A stretch of 24,266 nucleotides of DNA, taken from IMG/VR virus record IMGVR_UViG_3300020414_000012, positions 1 to 24,266 of that record. One strand, written 5' to 3'. Source of the DNA: a virus. Taxonomy: Duplodnaviria > Caudoviricetes. Position numbers and translations under genes: made by a program. The notes beneath the pieces are model-generated. The model saw only the letters and a program-made list of their open reading frames with translations. It ran no database searches and was not told the DNA's origin. Positions 17,133 through 24,266 of the stretch are shown one piece after another. Within the stretch, counting starts at the first letter, position 1; the number at the start of each line of letters is the position of its first letter.

Positions 17133-17263
17133 CTACCTTGACCTTTATATCTTGTGTTTTTTTGTTGTCGTTTTTCATTTTTGTTTTTTGACTTTTTATG
17201 TTTACCAGGTCTTTTTCTAGGTTTAGGTCTTGGAACAAAATTGACAAACTTTTGTCTAGCCAC
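17129..17263 (-). CDS. 44-aa highly basic peptide ending YKGQGR (not in ORF track)
   Basis: GTG start overlapping the upstream TAG (TAGTG), TGA overlapping the downstream ATG (ATGA): MARQKFVNFVPRPKPRKRPGKHKKSKNKNEKRQQKNTRYKGQGR*. Confidence 0.75.
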   Translation of the reverse strand: MARQKFVNFVPRPKPRKRPGKHKKSKNKNEKRQQKNTRYKGQGR

Positions 17264-17544
17264 TAAGCACTCAACTCAACAACAGATATATCATCACCAC
17301 TAGAACCAATGATTGCAACTTTTTCACCTGGAGAAACTTTAAAAATTTCTGGTTCGTTTGCAGGTATATAAATTTTGCTTGTAGTTGCAGTTGGATTTGC
17401 ACCAAATAAAATGTGAACTGCTGCGTTAGAACAAATTCTTACATATTCTGATTGTGATCCAAAAGCTGATGATTGAGTAGATGAACTACCTGTTAAAGCA
17501 ATCATCTGAACTGTTGTAGGTCTTAATCCATAATTAAAACTCAT
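17263..17544 (-). CDS. Small beta-rich virion protein (possible capsid spike/decoration)
   Basis: 93 aa, VRICS..VHILFGANPTAT...IPANEPE.F.V.PGEKVA; AGGAG RBS; downstream of the capsid gene. Confidence 0.55.
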   Translation of the reverse strand: MSFNYGLRPTTVQMIALTGSSSTQSSAFGSQSEYVRICSNAAVHILFGANPTATTSKIYIPANEPEIFKVSPGEKVAIIGSSGDDISVVELSA

Positions 17545-17563
17545 ATTTATCTCCTAATTTTAA

Positions 17564-17592
17564 GGGGGAAGTACCGCTAGGCAAGATCCCCC
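17564..17592 (-). other. GC-rich RNA hairpin between head accessory genes
   Basis: mRNA GGGGGA-UCU-UGCC-UAGC-GGUA-CU-UCCCCC; no clear U-tract. Confidence 0.5.
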
Positions 17593-17602
17593 CAGTTATT
17601 AT

Positions 17603-17950
17603 TTATCTTCTTATTACAAATGTAACAAGTAATTTTTTAGCTCCAGTAGAACCACCATCAGTAATCATTTCGATAGTTCCATCTTCTTCTACTCTGTTTA
17701 AAGCAGTAGGTTCAGCAGTATCTACATCACCAGCAGCAGAACCAGAGTGAGCAACAGTTATGCCACCACCAGTTACAGCAGTACCACCAATTTCAAAAGA
17801 AATTGCAGCATTTGCTCCAGATATTGCACCTTGTAAAGCAGTTATAATTTTAACTATTTTACCACCATCAGGTACACCAACAAAAGTTGATGAAGCTGTA
17901 GAAATATCTTCTATTTCAGCAGTTATAAAGTAATCGTTTAATGTTCTCAT
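17603..17950 (-). CDS. Putative capsid decoration/minor head protein
   Basis: 115 aa, Gly/Ala/Thr-rich beta protein immediately after the major capsid gene; AAGGA RBS. Confidence 0.55.
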   Translation of the reverse strand: MRTLNDYFITAEIEDISTASSTFVGVPDGGKIVKIITALQGAISGANAAISFEIGGTAVTGGGITVAHSGSAAGDVDTAEPTALNRVEEDGTIEMITDGGSTGAKKLLVTFVIRR

Positions 17951-18017
17951 TTTTTTATCCTTTTTATTTGCTTCGTTCCGTCATTGACTTCAAAGACCAA
18001 ACAAAATTGTTAATTTA

Positions 18018-18043
18018 ATGATGGGGGATAATTCCCCCACCAC
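18018..18043 (-). terminator. Hairpin after major capsid gene (weak terminator or mRNA stabiliser)
   Basis: mRNA GUGGUGGGGGA-AUUA-UCCCCCAUCAU shortly after TAATAA; following U-tract is poor. Confidence 0.55.
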
Positions 18044-18053
18044 TTTAGATTTA

Positions 18054-19004
18054 TTATGAAGTAGTTAAATCTGTGATTAAACCACTTGCTTTTTCATTTC
18101 TTGACTCAAGAGTGTACTCAGCAACCATAAATCTCTGATCTGCATCAGCAGTCTGAGCTGGTGTTTGTAGAGAGAAATCTCTTAAGAAAGAAACTGCCCA
18201 GAATTCCATATCAAGAATGTGAGCATCTTGTCCGATTTTAGCAGCAGTACCATTAGCACCTCTGATAAATCTGTTTGGTGATACTTGCATAGTTCCAAAG
18301 TCTGATTCATATACGTCAATAGAAGTAATTAATCTTCTATCTTCCGCAGCATCAAATCTAGTAGAACCACCTGTAAAGCCAGATAGTTTCTGTTTGTTAA
18401 AAGCATTTACCATAATCATGTTAGGGTTTCCGCCTTCATTGTAACAGCTAACTAAAATACCTTTTAACTGATCTTCAGTAAAGGCTCTTTGCGTTCCATC
18501 GGTTCGTACAGCACCATTTCCAGCACCAGATCCACCAGCACCTGCATCAACATTAGTTTCGTACCAAGTTGGAACTCCGCCAAGTTTTCTTGCAGTTGTT
18601 GCATTACCAGCAGTTTTAGCAACATTAGATAAAAGAGCTGTTTCCATATCTCTTTTTAATTCTTTTGCAGCTTTAGCTACTTGGTAAGCCATCTCATTAT
18701 TTCTTCCAGCAGAAGTTACAGCTTCGTTAGTTGCAGTAACTTGGATTCCTTTAGTAGAAATTTGAGTGTGGTTGTTTTCTAATACAGTAGGTGTCATAGT
18801 TCCATAAGAAATATCAGCACCTTCAACAGCAGCATTTGCAGCAACATCAGCTAATGCGTCTGTTTGCCATTGGTGTAAAGTATTAGTTGCTTTTGTTTTT
18901 GCAACTCCAGACATAAAAGGTGTTTCTGTTGGACTAATTGAATATATGATGTCCGCTAGATCTTCTCTTATACCTACAGTCGTATATGTTTGGTATTTAG
19001 CCAT
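18054..19004 (-). CDS. Major capsid protein (DUF5309/SU10-like)
   Basis: 316 aa: REDLADIIYSISPTETPF...HQWQTDAL...N.TQI..K...GR..E.AYQ..K..KELKRDME...VYESDFG...V.PNRF...EYTLE.RNEKA; GGAG RBS; follows the scaffold. Confidence 0.9.
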   Translation of the reverse strand: MAKYQTYTTVGIREDLADIIYSISPTETPFMSGVAKTKATNTLHQWQTDALADVAANAAVEGADISYGTMTPTVLENNHTQISTKGIQVTATNEAVTSAGRNNEMAYQVAKAAKELKRDMETALLSNVAKTAGNATTARKLGGVPTWYETNVDAGAGGSGAGNGAVRTDGTQRAFTEDQLKGILVSCYNEGGNPNMIMVNAFNKQKLSGFTGGSTRFDAAEDRRLITSIDVYESDFGTMQVSPNRFIRGANGTAAKIGQDAHILDMEFWAVSFLRDFSLQTPAQTADADQRFMVAEYTLESRNEKASGLITDLTTS

Positions 19005-19027
19005 TTGTTTTCTCCGTTAGGTTATGT

Positions 19028-20020
19028 TTATAGATAACGCATCAGTAATTCGGTAGCATCTTTTGCACTTCCGCTTTTCTTCAACGCTTTAATCTTCTTC
19101 AACCTAGACTGATTATTTAAATCTTCTTTTGTAGCTTTAACACCTGACTTAACAACTGTAGTTGGTTTAACTTTTTTACTTACTAAATTGGGTTTAGTCG
19201 CATTAGCTTTCATACCATCCATTATCACATCAAAATATCTTGAATCATAAATTCTTGCGACATCATCGTTTGAGAAGCCTTTAGAATTTAAATAACTCAT
19301 AATATTATTTTTAACTGTTGCACCCTTAATAGGATCAGCAATCTCAGGATGTTTTAAATGAAGTTTTTTTTGTTCATTTCTAAGTATTTCCTGAAACTGA
19401 GTTTCTTGATGTTCTCTCAGTTTTTGCTGTGCTTGTTGTATCGTTTGTTTTCGTTTATTAATCTTACGATCAACTCTAGCAGCTTCAGTTGGATCTTCAT
19501 CCCAAAGAGCATCAAGCTCTTTAGAACTCATATCGTTGTTAATCTCAGCATTTAAAGTAACTACTAATGAATTTAAATCATCCATCTTAGTTGAATACTG
19601 ATTTTTAAGACGATCTTCTTCGGCTTTTAGCTCTCTTTTTTCAATTGCTATCTCCTCAGTTTTTCGTCTATAGTCGGCATCTTTTTGATAACCTGCTTTT
19701 AATTCTTCAAGGTCAACATCAATCTTTTCACCATTTACAATTACTTGGTGTAGATCAGTTTCTTGTTCTTCAATTGCATTTTCATCTTGTGATGCTTGTT
19801 CTTCTTCTGCTACTTCCATTGTTTCCTCTGGTTGAGCAACAGGTTGTTGTTGTTCTTCTGTTTCAGTTTCTGCTTTCGCTTCTACTTCTTCTTTTGGTTC
19901 AACTGGTGCTGCTTCTTCTTGAGGTTTTTTGATAACACCTTTAGTGTCCATTAAACCTTCAATAGATTTTGCTGCACCTTGTACTGAAGCATTGTTCAGT
20001 AAAGGGTTTGTTTCAGACAT
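19028..20020 (-). CDS. Capsid scaffolding protein
   Basis: Acidic N-terminus, V.VNGE..V.LEELKAGYQ..ADY.RKT motif, coiled coil, basic C-terminus. Start re-assigned to 20020 (MSETNP, 330 aa) because GGAGG lies 5 nt upstream. Confidence 0.85.
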   Translation of the reverse strand: MSETNPLLNNASVQGAAKSIEGLMDTKGVIKKPQEEAAPVEPKEEVEAKAETETEEQQQPVAQPEETMEVAEEEQASQDENAIEEQETDLHQVIVNGEKIDVDLEELKAGYQKDADYRRKTEEIAIEKRELKAEEDRLKNQYSTKMDDLNSLVVTLNAEINNDMSSKELDALWDEDPTEAARVDRKINKRKQTIQQAQQKLREHQETQFQEILRNEQKKLHLKHPEIADPIKGATVKNNIMSYLNSKGFSNDDVARIYDSRYFDVIMDGMKANATKPNLVSKKVKPTTVVKSGVKATKEDLNNQSRLKKIKALKKSGSAKDATELLMRYL

Positions 20021-20035
20021 TAAGTCCTCCATTGT

Positions 20036-20081
20036 TAAGCTGTCGTTAGACTTGGCTTATTTTAACCTTGATGGTTAAAAT
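20036..20081 (-). promoter_or_regulatory. Tandem RNA hairpins upstream of scaffold RBS
   Basis: mRNA AUUUUAACC-AUCAA-GGUUAAAAU, then UAAGC-CAA-GUC-UAAC-GAC-A-GCUUA, just 5' of GGAGG. Confidence 0.5.
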
Positions 20082-20371
20082 TTTGTATTATTCTGTTGTT
20101 TTCTAAAATCTTCCAACTGTTTAGCTGCAAGTTTTCCTGTTTCGATAACAGTTAGTAGATGTTGCTCTACTTTTCCAACAACATTGTAAGCAATCCAAAG
20201 TTTTTCTCTGGTATCACTCTCTTTAGCACCTGTTTTTTCAAGAAGTGCCTCAGAATAAATTTTTTTAAGAGTTTCCATACTCTCTTGAAAAAGTTTACTC
20301 TCTAATATCTGCTTGGCTTCGTTGGATCGGCTGATTTCCACCGCCCTGTCCGCCTGGTCTTTCGCTTTCAT
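20075..20371 (-). CDS. Small helical protein between portal and scaffold
   Basis: 98 aa: A..IL...F...L...........REKLW..Y......L...IETGKLA; overlaps the portal 3' end by 77 nt. Confidence 0.7.
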   Translation of the reverse strand: MKAKDQADRAVEISRSNEAKQILESKLFQESMETLKKIYSEALLEKTGAKESDTREKLWIAYNVVGKVEQHLLTVIETGKLAAKQLEDFRKQQNNTKF

Positions 20372-22526
20372 TTATTCCTTCTAGTTGTTTGCCAAACATA
20401 TTAGTAGATTTTGCCGCTTCTTCAAGTATTTTGTTATCTCCTGCTACCATCATCTTGTCTAAATCTGCATCTGCTTTAATTTTTGCAGTATCAAGTTGAG
20501 TATTATATTTTAAAGCCATTTCTTTTATCTTCGCTTCAAAGTCTAATTGCATTTCTTGAGTTTTCTGAGCTAATTCTTGAGCTTGTAATTCTAGGTCTGC
20601 AAGTTTTCGCTTATTCTCAGCATCAATTCTAGTAAATTCTATCTTCTCAATCGGTGTTAATGGTGGTGGTTGAGGTGGTGGCATCATTTGTTTCCCCACA
20701 TCAGGATCTACAAAATAAGTTTCTACATTTTTAAGACCTGCGTTCTCTACTATTTTAGTTAAAGTATTATACATATTTTTTAAATTGACCATTGGCATCT
20801 CTTTTCCACCTTGAATTTGAAATGCTTGTAGTTGTCTTTCTAAAATACTATTTAACATGATTGTTTGTTGTTCTTTAGAACCAGTTCCAAGACCAACTAC
20901 AATATTAATATTAAATCTATCTTTCCATTCTGTAGGTCTTACTGGAATATATTGGTTACTCATCATAATAATTTTTTCTTTATCCTGATATTTAACCATT
21001 AATTCAAATATTTTTTTAAATAAATCTTTAACACCTGTTTCTGCAAACACTCTAGCAATTAATTCTGATCTCATTTGAGTTTGTTGCATCAAAGCATTTA
21101 CACCAGTAGCTGTTTTAGCATTTAAAGTGTCAGGACTTAAACCTTGAGCTTCTTTTGAAACACCAGTTCTACCTTCTCTAACTGAATCTAAATAATTTAA
21201 TAATGGAAAGGCTTGTTGTGAAATTGGTTGAGCTTGTAATGGTTGCATCACTTGGTTTGGTGGTTGTTTAGTTCTAACAATTCCACCAGGTCTAGTCGTC
21301 AATAAATCATCCATATTGACCATACCATCCATGACTGCAACTCTGTTATTATTTGTTAAATACATATTGTCTAACAACTGTCGCATTACAGTAGATTTCA
21401 TTAACTGAACATCTTCTACTAATTCTGAAATTGATCTTCCGTAAAATCTATGAGGCATTGGAATAGGAGTAATAGTTACGAAGGGTACACTATCGCAAGG
21501 CATATTTGATAATATGTGATGACCATCTGAACCAGCAGAAACTATTTTTCTAAGTTCAGCAATTCCATCTTGGTCATAATCATATTTTACATAAGACTCA
21601 TAAACTAAAACTTTTTCTGTCGAAGTATCTGTTGAGCTTGAAATTTGATAATCATCAACATCTGTTAATCTTACAGTTTCTTCATCATTGTAAATATCTA
21701 AATCTGATTTAGGTAGTTCATCAACTTCGTCTTGAGGATAACCCATTGCAACTAAATCTGATCTTGTCATTAAAACTTTATGAGAAACAAAATCGGCATC
21801 TTCAATTGTTTTAGCACTTCTATCAATTAAAAATTCTTCTGGTGGAATACTTTCTATTTTAACTTTACCAGTTTTTTTAATTCGTTTTATTTTGCAATTA
21901 TATAAATTAAAATTAGGAACTTGAACTTGAGATATATCTACCCCTTGCATTTCATATTGTTTTAAAACTTCTTGAAACTTTTCTTTGGCAGACTCATCTT
22001 CAAATACTTCTTCTTCAACAGTTTCTATTTCATCCTTAGTATCTTGCAAAGCCTCTTTCTCAACTATGGATAAATTTTCGTAAGTTTCGTAATCTACTTT
22101 TTCAGAGTCATCCCAATAAATTTTTAAGAAACCATTTTTTTCAATTAAGGCATCTTTAAAAAAATTATATAATAATTGAAAGCCATCATTCTCTTTATAA
22201 AAAACATGATTTAAATAAGCTGTAGCTTGTGCTGCCATCGGAACATCTTCTGCTGTCATTGGTTCGCAATTAACAACTTTATCAGATGCAGTAAACACTC
22301 TTAATAAATTTGGTAATAAACTTTCAATCGTATCTGCAACATCGGTTGATACTACTTGACTACGACCATCTATTTCTGTTCCTAGTTTATCACCTAAATA
22401 ATATTCTAATGATTTAGTTCTTGAGTCTGATAATTGACCACCTAGATAACCTAAAGCATTTTGTATTTGATTTGATAATAAACTTTGTAATTCTATATTT
22501 GATATTTCTTTATTTTTTTTTGCCAT
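20295..22526 (-). CDS. Portal protein (P22/SU10-like)
   Basis: 743 aa: YYLG...GRSQVVSTDVADTIE..LP.L.RVF...FKDALIEKNG..K.YWD...IPPEEF...P.PHRFYG.S...TGV...TAT; C-terminal Gln/Pro linker and coiled-coil barrel. Confidence 0.92.
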   Translation of the reverse strand: MAKKNKEISNIELQSLLSNQIQNALGYLGGQLSDSRTKSLEYYLGDKLGTEIDGRSQVVSTDVADTIESLLPNLLRVFTASDKVVNCEPMTAEDVPMAAQATAYLNHVFYKENDGFQLLYNFFKDALIEKNGFLKIYWDDSEKVDYETYENLSIVEKEALQDTKDEIETVEEEVFEDESAKEKFQEVLKQYEMQGVDISQVQVPNFNLYNCKIKRIKKTGKVKIESIPPEEFLIDRSAKTIEDADFVSHKVLMTRSDLVAMGYPQDEVDELPKSDLDIYNDEETVRLTDVDDYQISSSTDTSTEKVLVYESYVKYDYDQDGIAELRKIVSAGSDGHHILSNMPCDSVPFVTITPIPMPHRFYGRSISELVEDVQLMKSTVMRQLLDNMYLTNNNRVAVMDGMVNMDDLLTTRPGGIVRTKQPPNQVMQPLQAQPISQQAFPLLNYLDSVREGRTGVSKEAQGLSPDTLNAKTATGVNALMQQTQMRSELIARVFAETGVKDLFKKIFELMVKYQDKEKIIMMSNQYIPVRPTEWKDRFNINIVVGLGTGSKEQQTIMLNSILERQLQAFQIQGGKEMPMVNLKNMYNTLTKIVENAGLKNVETYFVDPDVGKQMMPPPQPPPLTPIEKIEFTRIDAENKRKLADLELQAQELAQKTQEMQLDFEAKIKEMALKYNTQLDTAKIKADADLDKMMVAGDNKILEEAAKSTNMFGKQLEGINESERPGGQGGGNQPIQRSQADIRE

Positions 22527-22527
22527 A

Positions 22528-23799
22528 TTAAACTATATAATTTGTATCTACTTCTATTGGCTTATCCCAATCCGATGTTTCTAATGGTTCTGTAACAGCA
22601 CCATACCTTACCGAATCGCAAAAGTGTGATGCCCAATTGTGTAGGGGTTTATTCCTAAAACAATTATTTTTTTCATCCCACCGCTTACAATATGATTTTA
22701 ATGCTTCAACCAACTTATTGCAATTGTTTTTATGAAAAAAACACTTGGGTAACATTCGTCTTACTTGCTCAATACCATCTTCTACACTAAGTTTGGGTGC
22801 TATGTCAAATTCTAACCCTAGTTCTTTAGCGGTCTCCCATCTGGATTTATTTGTGCCAATCTCTCTAACTCTAATATCATGCGGAGCTATGTGTTTTGAA
22901 TATGTGTAAGGTTTGCTATCTATGATATTTATATAATGCTCTAATCCCTCACCAGAATTTTCGTAGCAATCAATAATTCTAATTTCGCCATTTGTTCTTC
23001 GTTGAGCAAAGGTGATTACTGTACTATCGTTCATCCCTAAATCCCACCAAGTTTCAACATCTAAACTATCGTCTATATCAAAGTTCTTAATATTGCCAGA
23101 CTCCTCTAATTCTTCGATTATAGATCCAAAGTAAGAACCGCTAATTCCAGCTTGAAATGAACACTCAAATTCTTGTTCGTAACTCTCAGGCGACATTGTT
23201 TGTTTAGCAGCATCTAATTCATCTTGAGCTATGATCTTTGTTTCACTAGCTCTAAATACTTTGGTAAACCAATCTTTGCTAGTCTTTGCTTTTTCATGTA
23301 GTTCGTAGAACCAATTTCTTCCCATCGGAGTTCCGATAAAGATAGCGAAGCCTTTTCTGTCCGATAAGCATGGTCTTAAAATGGTATCAAAGAGGTCTGG
23401 CGAAAGGTTTTGTGTTTCATCGCAAACTATACCATCAAAATACTGACCTCTGATAGCAGCACTATTCTCACCACCTAAGATTTGTATTCTTGAATTGTTT
23501 ATAGAAAAGTCCACCCTTAGTTCTGACTCATTAAATTTAACTCCTGGAATTGTGGCAGAAAATTGTTTCATGTAATCCCAAGCAGTAGATTTACCTTGCA
23601 ACCTGTAAGGACTTATAAAGGCATATCTTGGATAAGGTTTTGTTGATGTCAGAGCAGCTTTGATTAAATGGTTTATAGCAAAAACTGTTTTGCCTCCTCT
23701 CCTGTGGACAATTACTACATTAAATCGGTTCTTATCGCATTTTTTATGCAAAAAATTTTGAATATCTCTTGGTGAATAAGGAATAACAATTTGTTTCAT
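22528..23799 (-). CDS. terL: Terminase large subunit
   Basis: Walker A VHRRGGKT, Walker B GIVCDE, IGTP motif, nuclease WDLG..DST and HFCDSVRY. Confidence 0.95.
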   Translation of the reverse strand: MKQIVIPYSPRDIQNFLHKKCDKNRFNVVIVHRRGGKTVFAINHLIKAALTSTKPYPRYAFISPYRLQGKSTAWDYMKQFSATIPGVKFNESELRVDFSINNSRIQILGGENSAAIRGQYFDGIVCDETQNLSPDLFDTILRPCLSDRKGFAIFIGTPMGRNWFYELHEKAKTSKDWFTKVFRASETKIIAQDELDAAKQTMSPESYEQEFECSFQAGISGSYFGSIIEELEESGNIKNFDIDDSLDVETWWDLGMNDSTVITFAQRRTNGEIRIIDCYENSGEGLEHYINIIDSKPYTYSKHIAPHDIRVREIGTNKSRWETAKELGLEFDIAPKLSVEDGIEQVRRMLPKCFFHKNNCNKLVEALKSYCKRWDEKNNCFRNKPLHNWASHFCDSVRYGAVTEPLETSDWDKPIEVDTNYIV

Positions 23800-23817
23800 T
23801 TTAAAACAAAACCCCCC

Positions 23818-24003
23818 TTAATGAATTGTTTCATTTGAATCAGGATAATCGCTAGGCAAAATAAATTGTGTTCTAAGAAAATCTGAAAAGTCGTTAGCTT
23901 CAGCCTCATCTTGAAAACCTTGAAAGTGTGTAATCACAATTGGTTTCTTTGTTTTCTTATCTTTCATAATGAAGATTATTGTTTTTAGAAAAGTATCATC
24001 CAT
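23818..24003 (-). CDS. 61-aa hypothetical protein
   Basis: ORF co-oriented with terL, ends ...NETIH; weak RBS. Confidence 0.55.
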   Translation of the reverse strand: MDDTFLKTIIFIMKDKKTKKPIVITHFQGFQDEAEANDFSDFLRTQFILPSDYPDSNETIH

Positions 24004-24078
24004 TTGTTTATGCCTTGTATCAATTTTATTTTAGTCAGTAACGCAAAAAGTGGGTATCGCACTTTTAAAACCCCCTAT

Positions 24079-24093
24079 GTTCGCTATTTGTTC
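24079..24093. promoter_or_regulatory. Alphaproteobacterial LexA-type SOS box (GTTC-N7-GTTC)
   Basis: gttc-gctattt-gttc (minus strand GAACAAATAGCGAAC) in non-coding DNA ~76 bp upstream of the first late gene. Confidence 0.5.
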
Positions 24094-24129
24094 TTCATAA
24101 TTCAGTTATTACAACCACAAATTTTATAA

Positions 24130-24199
24130 TGATAAGTTAATCGTTATCGTTAATAATTTCCGATAATACTGCGTTATCACCAGTTTAGAACCTTTCTAA
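24130..24199. promoter_or_regulatory. Cluster of palindromic operator-like sites
   Basis: GATAA-N8-TTATC (24131..24148), GATAA-N7-TTATC (24162..24178), TTAGAA-CCT-TTCTAA (24185..24199). Confidence 0.35.
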
Positions 24200-24266
24200 G
24201 TAATTGTGTGATATTTTTGCAACACTCATGTATAACATTTGCTTTTTATGTGTGTTATTTTTACCA

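Noticed and set aside
18045-18075. Programmed frameshift or readthrough extension of the major capsid protein
   Set aside because: Double TAATAA stop followed by a hairpin, and no slippery heptamer seen near the end.
2849-19932. All plus-strand ORFs in the track (e.g. 2849..3091, 8243..8710, 12397..12648, 14235..14621, 19645..19932)
   Set aside because: Antisense shadows of well-supported minus-strand genes, with no RBS context and composition typical of reverse frames.
20021-20032. ORF-track start at 20032 for the scaffold
   Set aside because: That ATG overlaps the GGAGG Shine-Dalgarno serving the ATG at 20020.
24124-24148. Fur box (tempting given four Fe-dependent enzymes)
   Set aside because: Only the left part (ATAATGATAA) matches GATAATGATAATCATTATC; right half and spacing do not fit.
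1-24266. tRNA, rRNA, integrase, transposase, intron/intein or alternative genetic code
   Set aside because: No recognisable signatures; terminase, portal and capsid ORFs are uninterrupted and of ordinary length under the standard code.

Overview
AT-rich fragment of a tailed dsDNA phage (short-tailed/podovirus-like gene order; a marine alphaproteobacterial host such as SAR11 is an inference from composition and gene style). Every credible gene is on the minus strand, forming one tightly coupled late operon read right to left: regulatory gap, 61-aa ORF, large terminase, portal, 98-aa ORF, scaffold, major capsid, small head proteins, head-tail adaptor, tail nozzle, long tail fibre, three paralogous Kelch-like beta-propeller proteins (24 blades in total), a helical protein, four tandem 2OG-Fe(II) oxygenases, a small tail protein, a GNAT-like protein and internal virion/ejection proteins (the last truncated by the window edge). 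I found four ORFs missing from the ORF track (36, 44 and 49 aa, plus the truncated 1..934 gene). The most striking feature is a ~10 kb cassette linking a fibre, propellers whose variable loops nearly all contain proline (22 of 24), and four different hydroxylase-type enzymes. This is a candidate virion/receptor-binding-protein post-translational modification system. The upstream gap carries a perfect alphaproteobacterial LexA-type box and several palindromes. Family calls are from motif recognition and synteny only; no database searches were run.
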